Shown here piece after piece: positions 25,100 through 35,819 of a stretch of DNA of 64,000 nt. The DNA comes from Macrostomum hystrix (Eukaryota > Animalia > Platyhelminthes). Location: contig CATNEN010000030.1 in the NCBI GenBank assembly GCA_950097015.1, positions 4,464,001 through 4,528,000 on the forward strand, written 5' to 3'. How positions within the stretch are numbered: the stretch's first letter is position 1; each line of letters opens with the position of its first letter. Position numbers and translations under genes: made by a program. The notes under the pieces were generated by a model. The model worked only from the letters and a program-made list of their open reading frames with translations, ran no database searches and was not told where the DNA came from.

Positions 25100-27199
25100 A
25101 TGAAAACTTTATTCACTCTTGCATTGCGAACAGTTTTAGTTGTGTCATACATTGGAGTTATGTATTACAATCTGACATATGTACGTTTTCCACCAAGCAA
25201 AAACCCTGCGCAAAACTTCGGTGGAAAGTATGAATATCTCACTGTGCTTAATTTGGTAAGTTATGCAGTTCCTCAAATGATGTTGCAATAAAGGAACATG
25301 ATTATTAAAAAATAATCATAATCAAAATAATAAAAAATAGGCCCTAATAAAAAAACTTTTACATTTTCAAGGAACAAAGGGTTTAAAATAATTGTGACCC
25401 ATAAAATCATCAGCCTATTATGTTACTTTCTACTACTTATGTATAGTTTTATGTTGGCATTGCATCGCATTACTCTTGGTTTTGCAAACTCAGTCTTCAG
25501 AAAATATAGTATTTTTTACTTTAGGATTGGCATTCGGCCCATACATAATTATCTTAGAAATCTTATTTTGTTTAAATTTGCTTAAAAAAATTCAAACCAG
25601 AATCCTTTTTTATCTATTTTTTTGTTTTACCTTTCTTTTTAACAATGCTAATAAAAGGAGTTCTTGTTTATAAAAAATTATAGCAAATTGTGTATTCAAG
25701 CCATGGCAATGTTAGAGTATGTTTTACACATTTATTTTCAAGTTTAAGTCACCAATCAATTCCTACAATCACTTAGACTAAGAGTTTAAATTTGAGCCAA
25801 CTAGTTATGCCACATATTTTTATGGTCAAAACCAAGGGAGTGTTTAAAAAATGGTACAAATGTTATTGAAGTCATGTTCGCTAGCCTAATAATGTTTTAT
25901 TATTAGGCTGGCATGGCTAATAAAGCAGAAGCATTAATTCTAGAGTCTCATAGAGTCTCATTCTAAAGAAACATCACATGGCACATGTGATGTTCTGTTT
26001 GAGAGTCACCTAGAAGATTTCTTTTGGCTATAGGCACTAGCTATACTTTAACACAATAATTTGGAATACTTTTAATGTACCCAGAAAAATGACCTACTTT
26101 TTGTTGTTCATAGTTGTGACTTATATAAATTTTGTAATATCTTACTCAAAAGCTCTAACTAGCTCAAAATTCTTGAGTGTACCCAGAAAATTTCTGGGGC
26201 ACATGCCTTCTTCTAGACTATAAGCTTAACAGTGTTTTGTGCAATTGTCTACTAAATCGCCTTTATTATCTGCTGTGAACAATTTAAGTGATATATAAAT
26301 TAGGCAATAGCTGCATAGAATGCCCACCATTTGTGAAAATTTCATTTCTCTTTAATAAAACATACACGTTTTTTCAGACATGTAATGCTATCACCTTAAG
26401 TGAGTGTATAATAAAAATAAGTAGAAATTATAAATAATTTTTGTAGATCTTTCTAACATCCAGTCTGATCTTCAGTTTCCTATGTGAGCTTCTGCCAAGG
26501 AGTTTTAGCACACACCCTGTGCACCAGCTGAAGGGCATACTCAATGCCACTAGTACCACCCTGTCTATGGTAAGTTGCGGAAGCAGTGTTTTATGCTATC
26601 ATTATTCGCTAATGTATTTATCAACTATGTAAATATGTAAACATTTCAGTTTGTTTGCCTGGCCTTCTGGTCTATCTATGCTGTAAATCGCGAGCTGGTC
26701 TTTCCAGCTGTATTGGATAAAATTATACCATCTTGGCATAATCATGCTATTCACACTGCTGTGCTTCCTGGTAAGCCGAATTGTATAGAAATGAAGTAAG
26801 TCTTCACAGGCCGCAGTCTATATTGCGCCAGCCCCAAATACCGACTGATCACAATTGCCCGCAGCGGCCATGATCAGCTATGTCATGACACCGAAGGCTC
26901 ACGCGCCACGCTTCTCCACCGTGATGTCCGTGGCCAGCGGCCTGGTGGTGGCCTACACACTGTGGATTCACGTCATCTACTGGAACACTGGTCGCTGGGT
27001 CTACCCTGTGCTGGCTGTGCTCGGCCCACCCACCCGTGTTGTCTTCATCGGCGTCTGCGCCATCAGCATCGCTCCGTTCGCATTTGCGGCCCATTCGGCC
27101 AAGAGTCGCGTGGACGCGTGGCGGACCGCCGCGGCCAAGGAGGCCAAGCGGGCGAAGCAGCAGCAGCAGAAGAAAGCCAAGGCTAGGAAGGCCATGTGA
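25100..27199 (+). CDS. AIG1/ADTRP (FAR-17a) family membrane hydrolase; 4 exons, 244 aa
   Basis: Exons 25100-25255, 26447-26569, 26650-26770, 26865-27199, frame-consistent. FGGKYEYLT, FWSIYAVNRELVFP, NHAIHT and WVYP motifs; the Thr and His of the family's catalytic dyad motifs are present. Confidence 0.9.
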
Positions 27200-27529
27200 T
27201 GCCGCTTTGAACACCTGGTCCTTATATATGGGTTCTAGATTTTATCTATTCAAAGATTCCTCACTATTAACCAAGTAATAAATATGCTTTCAGTTATTTC
27301 TATTTGTGCGTGCCGTCCTGTAGCCTATCAAATTATTTAACCTTGATTACCCAGATTCTTGTCTAATTCTTCTGTTGTTCACATGGCCAGTCCTATAGGC
27401 AAACTAAATACCTTTTATGTCATTGTCCTTTCTGAGGTTTTATGTACAGTTTCCGCACTTGGGTATTCGGTGCCAATTCTTTTTATGGTACTTTCTGACT
27501 AAAAATACAGTTCCATTCCGCTTTTACAC

Positions 27530-27850
27530 AATTTTCTAACAATAGATAGCTGGGTAAAATTAAGGGTGCCATTTTCTGTCAATATAAACTTTTCCAAGGT
27601 GGTATTGATGCCATTTTACAACAATAGATCCTTTCTTAAGGGTTAATGACATTTTCCAACAATAGATACCATTTCAAAGGAGGTATTGATGCCATTATCT
27701 AACAATAGATACCATTTCCAAGGAGGCATTGATGCCATTTTCCAACAATAGATACCTTTTCCAAGGAGGTATTGATGCCATTTTCCAACAATAGATACCT
27801 TTTCCAAGGAGGTATTGATGCCATTTTCTAAAATATTGATGCTATTTTCC
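27530..27850. repeat. 43-bp minisatellite, ~7 copies
   Basis: Unit GGAGGTATTGATGCCATTTTCCAACAATAGATACCTTTTCCAA; period confirmed from 27722 to 27765. Confidence 0.9.
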
Positions 27851-28353
27851 GAAGTCAGGAGTCAATGCTTGGATGGTGCACTTCATCAAATCTTGTGTGC
27901 TATTTCTCAAACAATGATAGTCATCGAATTAAGTATGCCATTTCATTAGCATTGATGCGATTTTCTGTTTGCCATTTGAACATATCGGAGAGGCCTTGCA
28001 ATAATAAGGCAAAATGTGTGAAATTAAGCTTGTTGCTGATCTTACCTGTTAGTCGTGTTAGATGATATCACGGTTTTAATTGGTGTCTTGGAAATCAGCT
28101 ATTGTTTAAATTCAGTTTGCGGCTTATTGCATATGACGTCACGAAACTCTGCGCTCATTGTCCACGAAAATCGCTTTTTAGAGCTTTGATTAAAGGACCC
28201 GTGTCTGAAATATGCTAAAAATACACCGCTTTTAGTTGATCTTTAAATTGTTTGGTTATTTTATATGCGTTCGTTGTAATTGACTGAATCATGCGCCTTC
28301 AGACTTGTATTTCTCATAAACTTTTCTTCTGCTAGTTTTAAGTTTACAAACGG

Positions 28354-28662
28354 CCACCCTGCAGACCCTCAGATTGGGTTGCCATCCTGCAGATCCTCAG
28401 ATTGGGTTGCCATCCTGCAGATCCTCAGATTGGGTTGCCACCCTGCAGACCCTGAGATTGGGTTGCCACTCTGCAGACCCTCAGATTGGGTTGCCACCCT
28501 GCAGATCCTCAGATTGGGTTGCCACCCTGCAGATCCTCAGATTGGGTTTCCACCGTGCAAATCCTCAGATTGGGTTTCCACCGTGCAAATCCTCAGATTG
28601 GGTTTCCACCCTGCAGACCCTGAGATTGGGTTTCCACCCTGCAGACCCTCAGATTCGGGTTC
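28354..28662. repeat. 28-bp minisatellite, 11 copies
   Basis: Unit CCACCCTGCAGATCCTCAGATTGGGTTG. Confidence 0.95.
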
Positions 28663-29195
28663 CCGGACACTGAGCTGTTTGTGTGACCCTCAAAGCAGTA
28701 AAATATATGATAATAAATTGATCACTCCTGCCCCATGTGCCCCATGTGCTGCCCCATGGCCAGATGTGCAGCCGACAGCACAGCCGCAGCAAATGGCTGC
28801 GTATGGCTGTTTAGTCCATGGTCTTGGGGACGCCACCCATCCTCAATTTCTACAGCGAATGCTGTTACCATTTACTTGAAGTATATCTTGCTACGTAACA
28901 CAATTTGTCCTAGTGGAGTGGATTCTCTGAGCGCCAGGTTGCAATCGTTGTCACTAATATAATATAATTATGTCAAAGTGGCAGATTTATGACACAGAAA
29001 TGGGTCCTAAATTTTGGCCCTCGGGCCTGTTAGTATGACAAAATTTAACAGAGTTGAATGTCCTGGAGCGAACTAAAGTATATTTGATATTTTTCAGAGA
29101 AAAATAGCTTGGTACTAGATAGTGGAAAAACTGACTTGCAAACAGCAATCTCAGGCTGGTATGTGTGGCAATGTGCGCAGTTGTCCTCTTTTTGC

Positions 29196-30518
29196 TTAGA
29201 CAACCCTGGCGGGCACCTCGAAGCAGATCAGATCCTGGTTGTTGGCGTCCGCCAGCTCCCACCTGACGACCAGAGCCAACTGTTCATTTTAGGAATAAAT
29301 AAAGCAGGAATTAGAAGACTAATATAAAGATCTGTTATTACTCGTACAGATTGTCAAATCAACCAAAAAAGAGTTGCTAAGTTGCAACCGCTAAAAGGTG
29401 GGACTTCGGAGTACTATGATGTTTGCACTGATTGATTCTGAAGGACTGTGGTTGTACAGTGGCAGATTCCAGAGGACTATGAGTGTACAGTTGCCGATTC
29501 TAGAGAACTATGATTGTACAGTTGCCGATTCCAGAGAACTATGAGTGTACAGTTGCCGATACCAGAGAACTATGAGTGTACAGTTGCCGATACCAGAGAA
29601 CTATGAGTGTACAGTTGCCGATACCAGAGAACTATGAGTGTACAGTTGCCGAGTTACACTCATAGAGGACTATGAGTGTACAGTGGCAGATAACTGAGGA
29701 CTATGAGTGTACAGTTGCCGATTCCAGAGGACTATTAGTGTACAGTTGCCGATTCCAGAGGACGACTATTAGTCTACAGTGGGAGATTCCTGAGGACTTA
29801 GAGTGTACAGTGACGGATTCCAAAAGACTAAGACTAGGGGTGTAGAGTAGCAGAATTCGAGGGTGTTGGTGTAAATCGACCTGTTCCAAACGGATACGGA
29901 GACCTATCCTAACAGCGCCATCAATATTGTCGATCGTTTATTAGCATGGCACTGAAGAAGCCCGTGAGACTCACAGTGGGGTAAGCCTGTTGCACATCCA
30001 GGGCATTGGTGTACTTGTAGGAGGTGCCGCTGGTCAGGGGGCAGGCCGGGCTCAGGGAATTGCAGGCGTTGGAGTCGGGCAGCGGGAAGGGCACGGCGAT
30101 GCCAGCGATAACTCCGTGCACCACGGACTTGACGGAGGTGGCGGCCTCCGAGGAGGTGAAGTCGACGGTGACGCCGACTTTGGTGCCGCGCTTCAGCTCG
30201 CAGGGCAGCTTCGGGCACGGGCTGATGTCCACACTGTTGATCTTGCCGACTTTGGAGCCTGGGTGGTATGTATTGTGTTGGCGAGGTTGCTGTGCGGATT
30301 TAGGCAACGGCTAAAAGTTTCTCTTGTAACGGGCTATAACTATTATTGATGCATCTGGCAGTAAAGGCCATATAATCTACTGACCGAAGTAGAGGGTTTG
30401 CATTCTTTCATTCCTATTTGGAATCTCGTGGCTCACCACAATCCTTGAACTTGACGGGATCGCAGAGGGCAGCAGCCACGGCACACACCAGTACAGCGAA
30501 GAATAGCGCAGAATTCAT
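29196..30518 (-). CDS. NPC2: NPC2 / ML-domain sterol-binding protein; 3 exons, 149 aa
   Basis: Exons 30518-30437 (signal peptide plus DPVKFKDCG), 30258-29975, 29279-29196 (LVVRWEL..LICFEVP). Six conserved Cys. Confidence 0.92.
29420..29835. repeat. 31-bp minisatellite in NPC2 intron 2
   Basis: Unit TTGCCGATTCCAGAGAACTATGAGTGTACAG, ~13 copies with degenerate edges. Confidence 0.9.
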
Positions 30519-31551
30519 TTCGACCTCTTAAACCATGCAGGGGAGTTTGAGTATTATTTGCAAAGATTTTGCTAGTAAATTTGGATGCGACCCATGAGAA
30601 CTAATATTTATGCCGACCTGCTTATCTTCAACTCTCTGCTGGGAAGTATTTCAGCCACCTGCAGTGCAGGGCAGTCACAGATTCGCTATCTGCCGAATGT
30701 GGCGCGCTTGTTGGTTTCGTGTGGTTCGATTCGCCGCGGCAGCTGCTCCAGCTCACACAGATCTGGCAGTCGAGAGTTGAAGAACCGCAGCATTATCTTG
30801 CACTGGGGTCGGAGCTTTTGCTTATTCACAACAAAGGACTTGTTTGTTAGCCGATTCCGAACAACCAAATTATCAGTGGGGAATCGACTTAGATTGTAAG
30901 AGAGTACATTGCACTCGGAAGACTGTCAGGAAAGGCGAATGAGGAGCTCTGGCCTTTATTGTTGCTGAATCTGATTGTGCCAACCTTGTTCGTCATTCGG
31001 AAGATTTATTGCTTCTAGAAAGTATTTGCACCATTCACTTGACTGCTTTGTAATATCGAGTTTACTAAAGCACAGCTTACAGCTTATACTGACAGCTTAG
31101 TAAAATGAAATGTCTGTAGTTATGCGCTCGTACAAATGCCAAGCCTTCATGGTTGGCTGTGATTTGTGATTGAAAAATGTAATAAAAGTCAATGAATTAA
31201 GTTTTCTTACTTCGCAATTAATGAACTGCTGAGATTTTGAACTGCAAGATATTGGTCAGGAAAATATCCCTATACAATAATAATTGCATCTATCTGCTTC
31301 ACCTTTTCTGTTGTCATGAGAATCATTACTTCCTTTGTAATTTCCTTGATCCCTCGACTTTCGTAGACCGAGAGCTGAATGTCGATTTTATATTTACTAT
31401 TCATTTCTGAAGATTTCCGTTGGCATAAATGCGCATAATATATTAAGATAGAATTCACACCTACCACCCAGTTAATGTCAGAACCATTTCACAGATTAGT
31501 GAACAGACGCAACAGGGAACTAAGTGCTCATTAACGGACACAAATTGTTCC

Positions 31552-31673
31552 CCTGGCTGAGATTCGAACTCCAAAACTCTCGGATAGGACCATAGATACT
31601 AAAATAAAAGTTATTTTAGTATCTCTGGTTAGGACTTAGGAGTCCAAAGCTCTAACCACTGGGCAACAGCCTT
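31552..31673 (-). pseudogene. tRNA-Arg(CCT)-like sequence (pseudogene or SINE head) with a 51-nt insertion after position 37
   Basis: GGCTG/CAGCC acceptor core, D-arm GCCC-AGTGGTTA-GAGC, anticodon stem TTGGA/TCCGA around CT-CCT-A, B box GTTCGAATC. T-stem lacks 3 nt; no oligo-T terminator; SINE-like body follows. Confidence 0.6.
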
Positions 31674-31689
31674 TTCGCAAGAGCGTATA

Positions 31690-33570
31690 ATAGTATATTA
31701 TTACCCAGGCTTTCAGGGCGATAATGGGAAAGCCAGAGGGCGCCGAAGGCGCCCGAGGGATTTCTCATTATCGCCCGCAAAGCCTGGGTAATACTGTGAT
31801 TGTACCATAGACTATGTGGCTGAGTAACAAGACAAACCATATCAGCCATAGACAAAATGATTTAATCACAAACTATACAGTTCAATTATAAGATAAAGAA
31901 TAATGAAGCAAAGAGAAGCAAACAACTAGAGAAAGAAGCTAGACTTCTTTATTCTTCACCGTCATATGCTAGATCGACCATGCTGAACTACAAAGCAATT
32001 TTAGAGAAAGAAATTTCTGGTCTCTCATCGGACGAACTTCAATTCGTGACCACGCTTAGTGATGGACGGCGCGAGGAAGAAGCTGTATATCAGTCCACGG
32101 GACTGCCAGTACTTGAGACGGAAATGATTGAGAGTTTTCTGGCTGAAGTGTCCACATGTAAGGCTTTGACTGACGAAGACCTGAATGAAATTGCCAAGAT
32201 GGAGGACTTAGGCAAAGTCTGGTCTACTGAGAAGGCAACAGCTACGTACGCCGCTCGTTTCCGAAAATTTCTTGACGATCGAGGACTGCCATCGCAACTT
32301 GAGACAATACCGACTCGATATTTATGTCACTATCTGCGCCTGTATTTTTCAGTGGTTAAAAAGGATGATGGAACGGCGCACAGTTGCAGTTCGCTGGTAT
32401 GCATGCGCGCAGGAATCTACCGGTATTTGAAGAATTTACGAGGTTTGGATATCATCGGCAATGTTGAATTTAGCGCTTTTGAGAAGACTTTCAAAGCTGC
32501 TCTTACGTACTCTCTGAAGAAACCTGTTTCGGTGATGGATGGTGACGGTGGGTATCGAGCATTGGAGCCTGAAGATTTGGCGTTGTTGCATGCGTACTTC
32601 GACCGGAGCTCGCCACAGAAACTGCAACAGGAAGTCTTCTTTGTCCTGAGCTCACACTTTGCCTTTCGTGGACGTGAATGGATTCGAGCGCTTGAGAAAA
32701 AAGATGTCATTCTGCGGGAATCCACCGGAGGTATGACGTGCGTTGACTTGCAGAAAGAAAAGAAAGAAAAGTGTGTGTCCGCCGATGCCCCTCGGTCCAA
32801 TCGCGAGATTGGGATTTTTCCTGTGCAAGACAAATCTGTGTGCCCAGTTGAAGCGATCAAACTGTATCTTTCGAAGCTTCCATCTGAGAACGGCTCTCTG
32901 TTTCCCAGGCCTGCCGTCAAGTGGCAGAATGGAGCATGGTATTGCCCAAAAGATGTATTGGGCAAGAACACATTGGCCAGCATGATGAAGACGATCTCGA
33001 AAGCGGCCAGGCTCTCGCGGGACTACACCAACCATTCGATCCGCGCAACAACCATAACAAACCTGTCTTCTGCTGGATTCAGTGCCGAAGCGATTCAAAC
33101 CGTCTCTGGGCACAAAAAGGTGGATAGTGTTGTCCGTTATACAAAGCGGACAACAGTGGCCCAGAAGCGCGCATTGTCTTCGGCTATCACAGATAGTCTA
33201 CATGCCTCTACATCGAGCGTGGTCAGACATCAAGCACAAGCACTCTGCGAAAAGTCATCCAGCGTTCCAACTGCCGTCACAACTATTGGCCAGCCTGATA
33301 AATCCGGCCCGACGATCGTCTTGGAGAAGAACGGGGCTAAATGTTACATTTATATGTGAGTGCAAAAAGGTCGCTTTGCGAAATTAGGCTTTGGCTCTGG
33401 ACTCTAACTGCTTTGTTGGATGTTTTGTTTATTTTGTTGAAATACGTTAAAATACACAAAAATAATCCATTATCGGCCCAACTTTTCGGGCCAAAATGAC
33501 ATCGTCTATGGCAATAATCGAATATCAGCCCGCCCGATAGCCACGTAGTCATGGTACAATTCTGGTATTT
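31690..33570 (+). mobile_element. Crypton-type (tyrosine recombinase) DNA transposon; exact termini uncertain
   Basis: Single YR ORF between imperfect subterminal inverted repeats (31790-31853 / 33504-33569), plus a 95-bp palindrome at 31699-31793. Confidence 0.75.
31980..33359 (+). CDS. Tyrosine recombinase, CryptonA/V-like (DUF3504/phage-integrase fold), 459 aa, uninterrupted
   Basis: N-terminal LTDEDL..STEKAT..F.KFL and SSL..MRAGI.RYL; catalytic FR230G, H352SIR355, SGH378, Y387; CPV...Y and LGKNTL..MMK motifs. Confidence 0.88.
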   Translation: MLNYKAILEKEISGLSSDELQFVTTLSDGRREEEAVYQSTGLPVLETEMIESFLAEVSTCKALTDEDLNEIAKMEDLGKVWSTEKATATYAARFRKFLDDRGLPSQLETIPTRYLCHYLRLYFSVVKKDDGTAHSCSSLVCMRAGIYRYLKNLRGLDIIGNVEFSAFEKTFKAALTYSLKKPVSVMDGDGGYRALEPEDLALLHAYFDRSSPQKLQQEVFFVLSSHFAFRGREWIRALEKKDVILRESTGGMTCVDLQKEKKEKCVSADAPRSNREIGIFPVQDKSVCPVEAIKLYLSKLPSENGSLFPRPAVKWQNGAWYCPKDVLGKNTLASMMKTISKAARLSRDYTNHSIRATTITNLSSAGFSAEAIQTVSGHKKVDSVVRYTKRTTVAQKRALSSAITDSLHASTSSVVRHQAQALCEKSSSVPTAVTTIGQPDKSGPTIVLEKNGAKCYIYM

Positions 33571-35819
33571 TCTCAGTGTTTGCATCATGTGCTAAAAGTA
33601 AGTTTGAAAATGGTGCTTTAGCGTGTAAGCAAGCAAGCATGCTTCTCAATGTGAGTGGCAGATCTACTCTGCTACGAGTAGATGTCCCACCTAGCGCAGG
33701 TGATAAACGCTGCTTTTGTTTAATTCCGATCACTGACCAGTTGCCAGGGCGGTTTTTCCGTCAACTGCGGGCATTCTACTATCGCGCCCTGGTAATGGAG
33801 TGGCCCGAGGGGACCACAGCTCACCCGCATAGCCCCTGTCGAGCAATAGGACAGTGCAGCGAAAGATTGATGAAGGAGCCAGACTGGTGATGAACCCTGC
33901 CGCGCGCAGAGCTACACAGACCGCCTCGACATCTGATCGACTTCTGAACCCGAGCGCGATTGTGCGCCTTAGGCCGGCATAATTAGATTTTCGACTCGAC
34001 ACTACAGGGTAGAGAATGAGATGGGAGGCTGGCAAGATGATGCCGGCCCGCTGGGAGGTGGTTCTGGCCCGGTGATTGCGGCCTCGCCACCTCCAGCCGC
34101 CCTCTCCCGGGAGTTCCATTATAGCCAGGCGAACGCTGATGGCGCGGAAGGCGGTGGGGACTTCAGGATGGCAGTGGGGTGAGGCTATCATTTTTGAGTC
34201 TCAATCAGTCGCGCCTTCTCTGAAACCCAAGAGAGAGTCAGCGCTTCATCCGAAATCGTCACTCGCTTGCCACATCTGCGGGAATACTATTTCTCACCCA
34301 GATCTCAAATCCTGGATAGAAATTAGCGTCTAACGCGCCAGCAAGCCTTGCAGGTGTCAGTGAGCAGTGACAGTGAGTGCAGCAGTCATCAGCTCGTGGA
34401 TAATTTTAGCAACGTCAAGACCCAAGTCACTAAAACAAAATAATTTTCATATAATTCACGAACTTGTTAGCTCTGCGTAGGACAGAGCCCAGATTGAAGA
34501 GGCTTAATCCTTTGAAAATCGTCTTCCCTAGACAGCTCGCTAACAAAGTGGCCGAGTGACATTGCTTTCAAGTCTCGAGTAGAGTTTTTTAGTCCACTTT
34601 GTGGATGGCCACTGAAGGGGACTCTGAGCAGAAGATGAGAAGTCGACGCGTACGCATGAGCTGATTTTCTTTCGACAGGCTTACAAGCAGATGCGGCCGA
34701 TAAAGAAGCTTGAGCCCTCTGCCTTTGAGTGCAAGGCCGTTTGCCGTCTGCTGTCCAGCCTACTTTTTTCGGCACATCCTAAATCCCCGTGCTCAGCGTT
34801 GCGTTGCATCTGTCACTTTGACGAATCCGAGCCCCATCCGCTTCCTTCCAACTGCCTGCCCGCTCGTGGCCCGCCGCTGGCAATCAGTACCTTTCGCCTT
34901 CTACCGGCTCAGGGATTTGCTGCTAAACGATCGGCCAATCAGGTGCGGAGCTTCGAATATTGCAGCTCCATCAAGATGTGAATCGAGCAGAGGGTCCCAA
35001 ATCCTGCTGCCAGCTTGCTTTTGCCCCAACCTGAGTCTCTAATCCGCGGCGCACCGAGTGTGCTCACGCATTGAGGCATTTCCGCGACGGTGAGCAAATA
35101 TGTTTTTAATTAATCTGTTTGTACTATGTTTTTAGCTATAGAACTTACAAGAAGCCAGTTGGGCCAGATGAGCAGCCACTGGCATAGTCACAGCCTTTTG
35201 AGACGCTTCCAAAGGTTTAGTCCGTGAACTGGGGATGCGGCTATTTCCCACCCGAATTCCTGCGGCAGCTGGTGCTGTTTTTTTCATTTTACATCTCTGT
35301 GAACTGCACTAGGGAATTAAGTGTATTGCTCAAGAAAACCAATTGTCTCCCTCGGGCTACGATCCGAACTCCTTACCTGCAAGCTACTGCTCGAGAAGCT
35401 CCCCTTAAGCAGTTGTTATTTTAGACGTTTCGACAGTTTCCCAGATCCTGTCGCGGGTCCTTTTGGTCTTGTCCAAGCGATTGTCGGGTTCTTCTGTTTT
35501 TTATGATTATCAACATATAAATCGTAGTTAATTGCGATCAATAGTTGCATAGGTAATATTACGTAGGTAATAGATAATCAGATATTTCGATAGGAATTAC
35601 TAGATAATTACCTATTCTGATGATCTATTTCAACATCATCGCACCCACTACTCTCTGCAAGATTATCAACTATATCTATGACTCATCTTCGGACTCAAGC
35701 TTACTTCTGCGAATATTTGCGGCCGATTGTCTGGAGTCTGTACGAATTAGTCATGGCACCAAAATTCCCACTCCGCACAGATTTCTGAGCGTCTCCAGTT
35801 CGAGTCCTTGACTAAGACC

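Noticed and set aside
28280-28879. Repetitive ORFs over the 28-bp array, and likewise over arrays at 45.4-45.9, 48.3-48.8, 49.4-50.1 (alternate frames) and 52.4-52.7 kb
   Set aside because: Open frames are a by-product of stop-free repeat units.
27530-29835. Regular 28-43-bp repeats superficially like CRISPR arrays
   Set aside because: Head-to-tail units with no unique spacers, no cas genes, and a eukaryotic context. Applies to all arrays in the window.
30686-30795. 35-aa ORF (MLRFFNSRLPDL...) just upstream of NPC2
   Set aside because: Could be a uORF or UTR exon, but has no homology cue.
33576-35100. GC-rich region right of the Crypton with ORFs, including an LLLDRGY string
   Set aside because: No coherent transposase, RT or gag motif set. 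Could not link it to the Crypton, whose inverted repeat closes at 33569.
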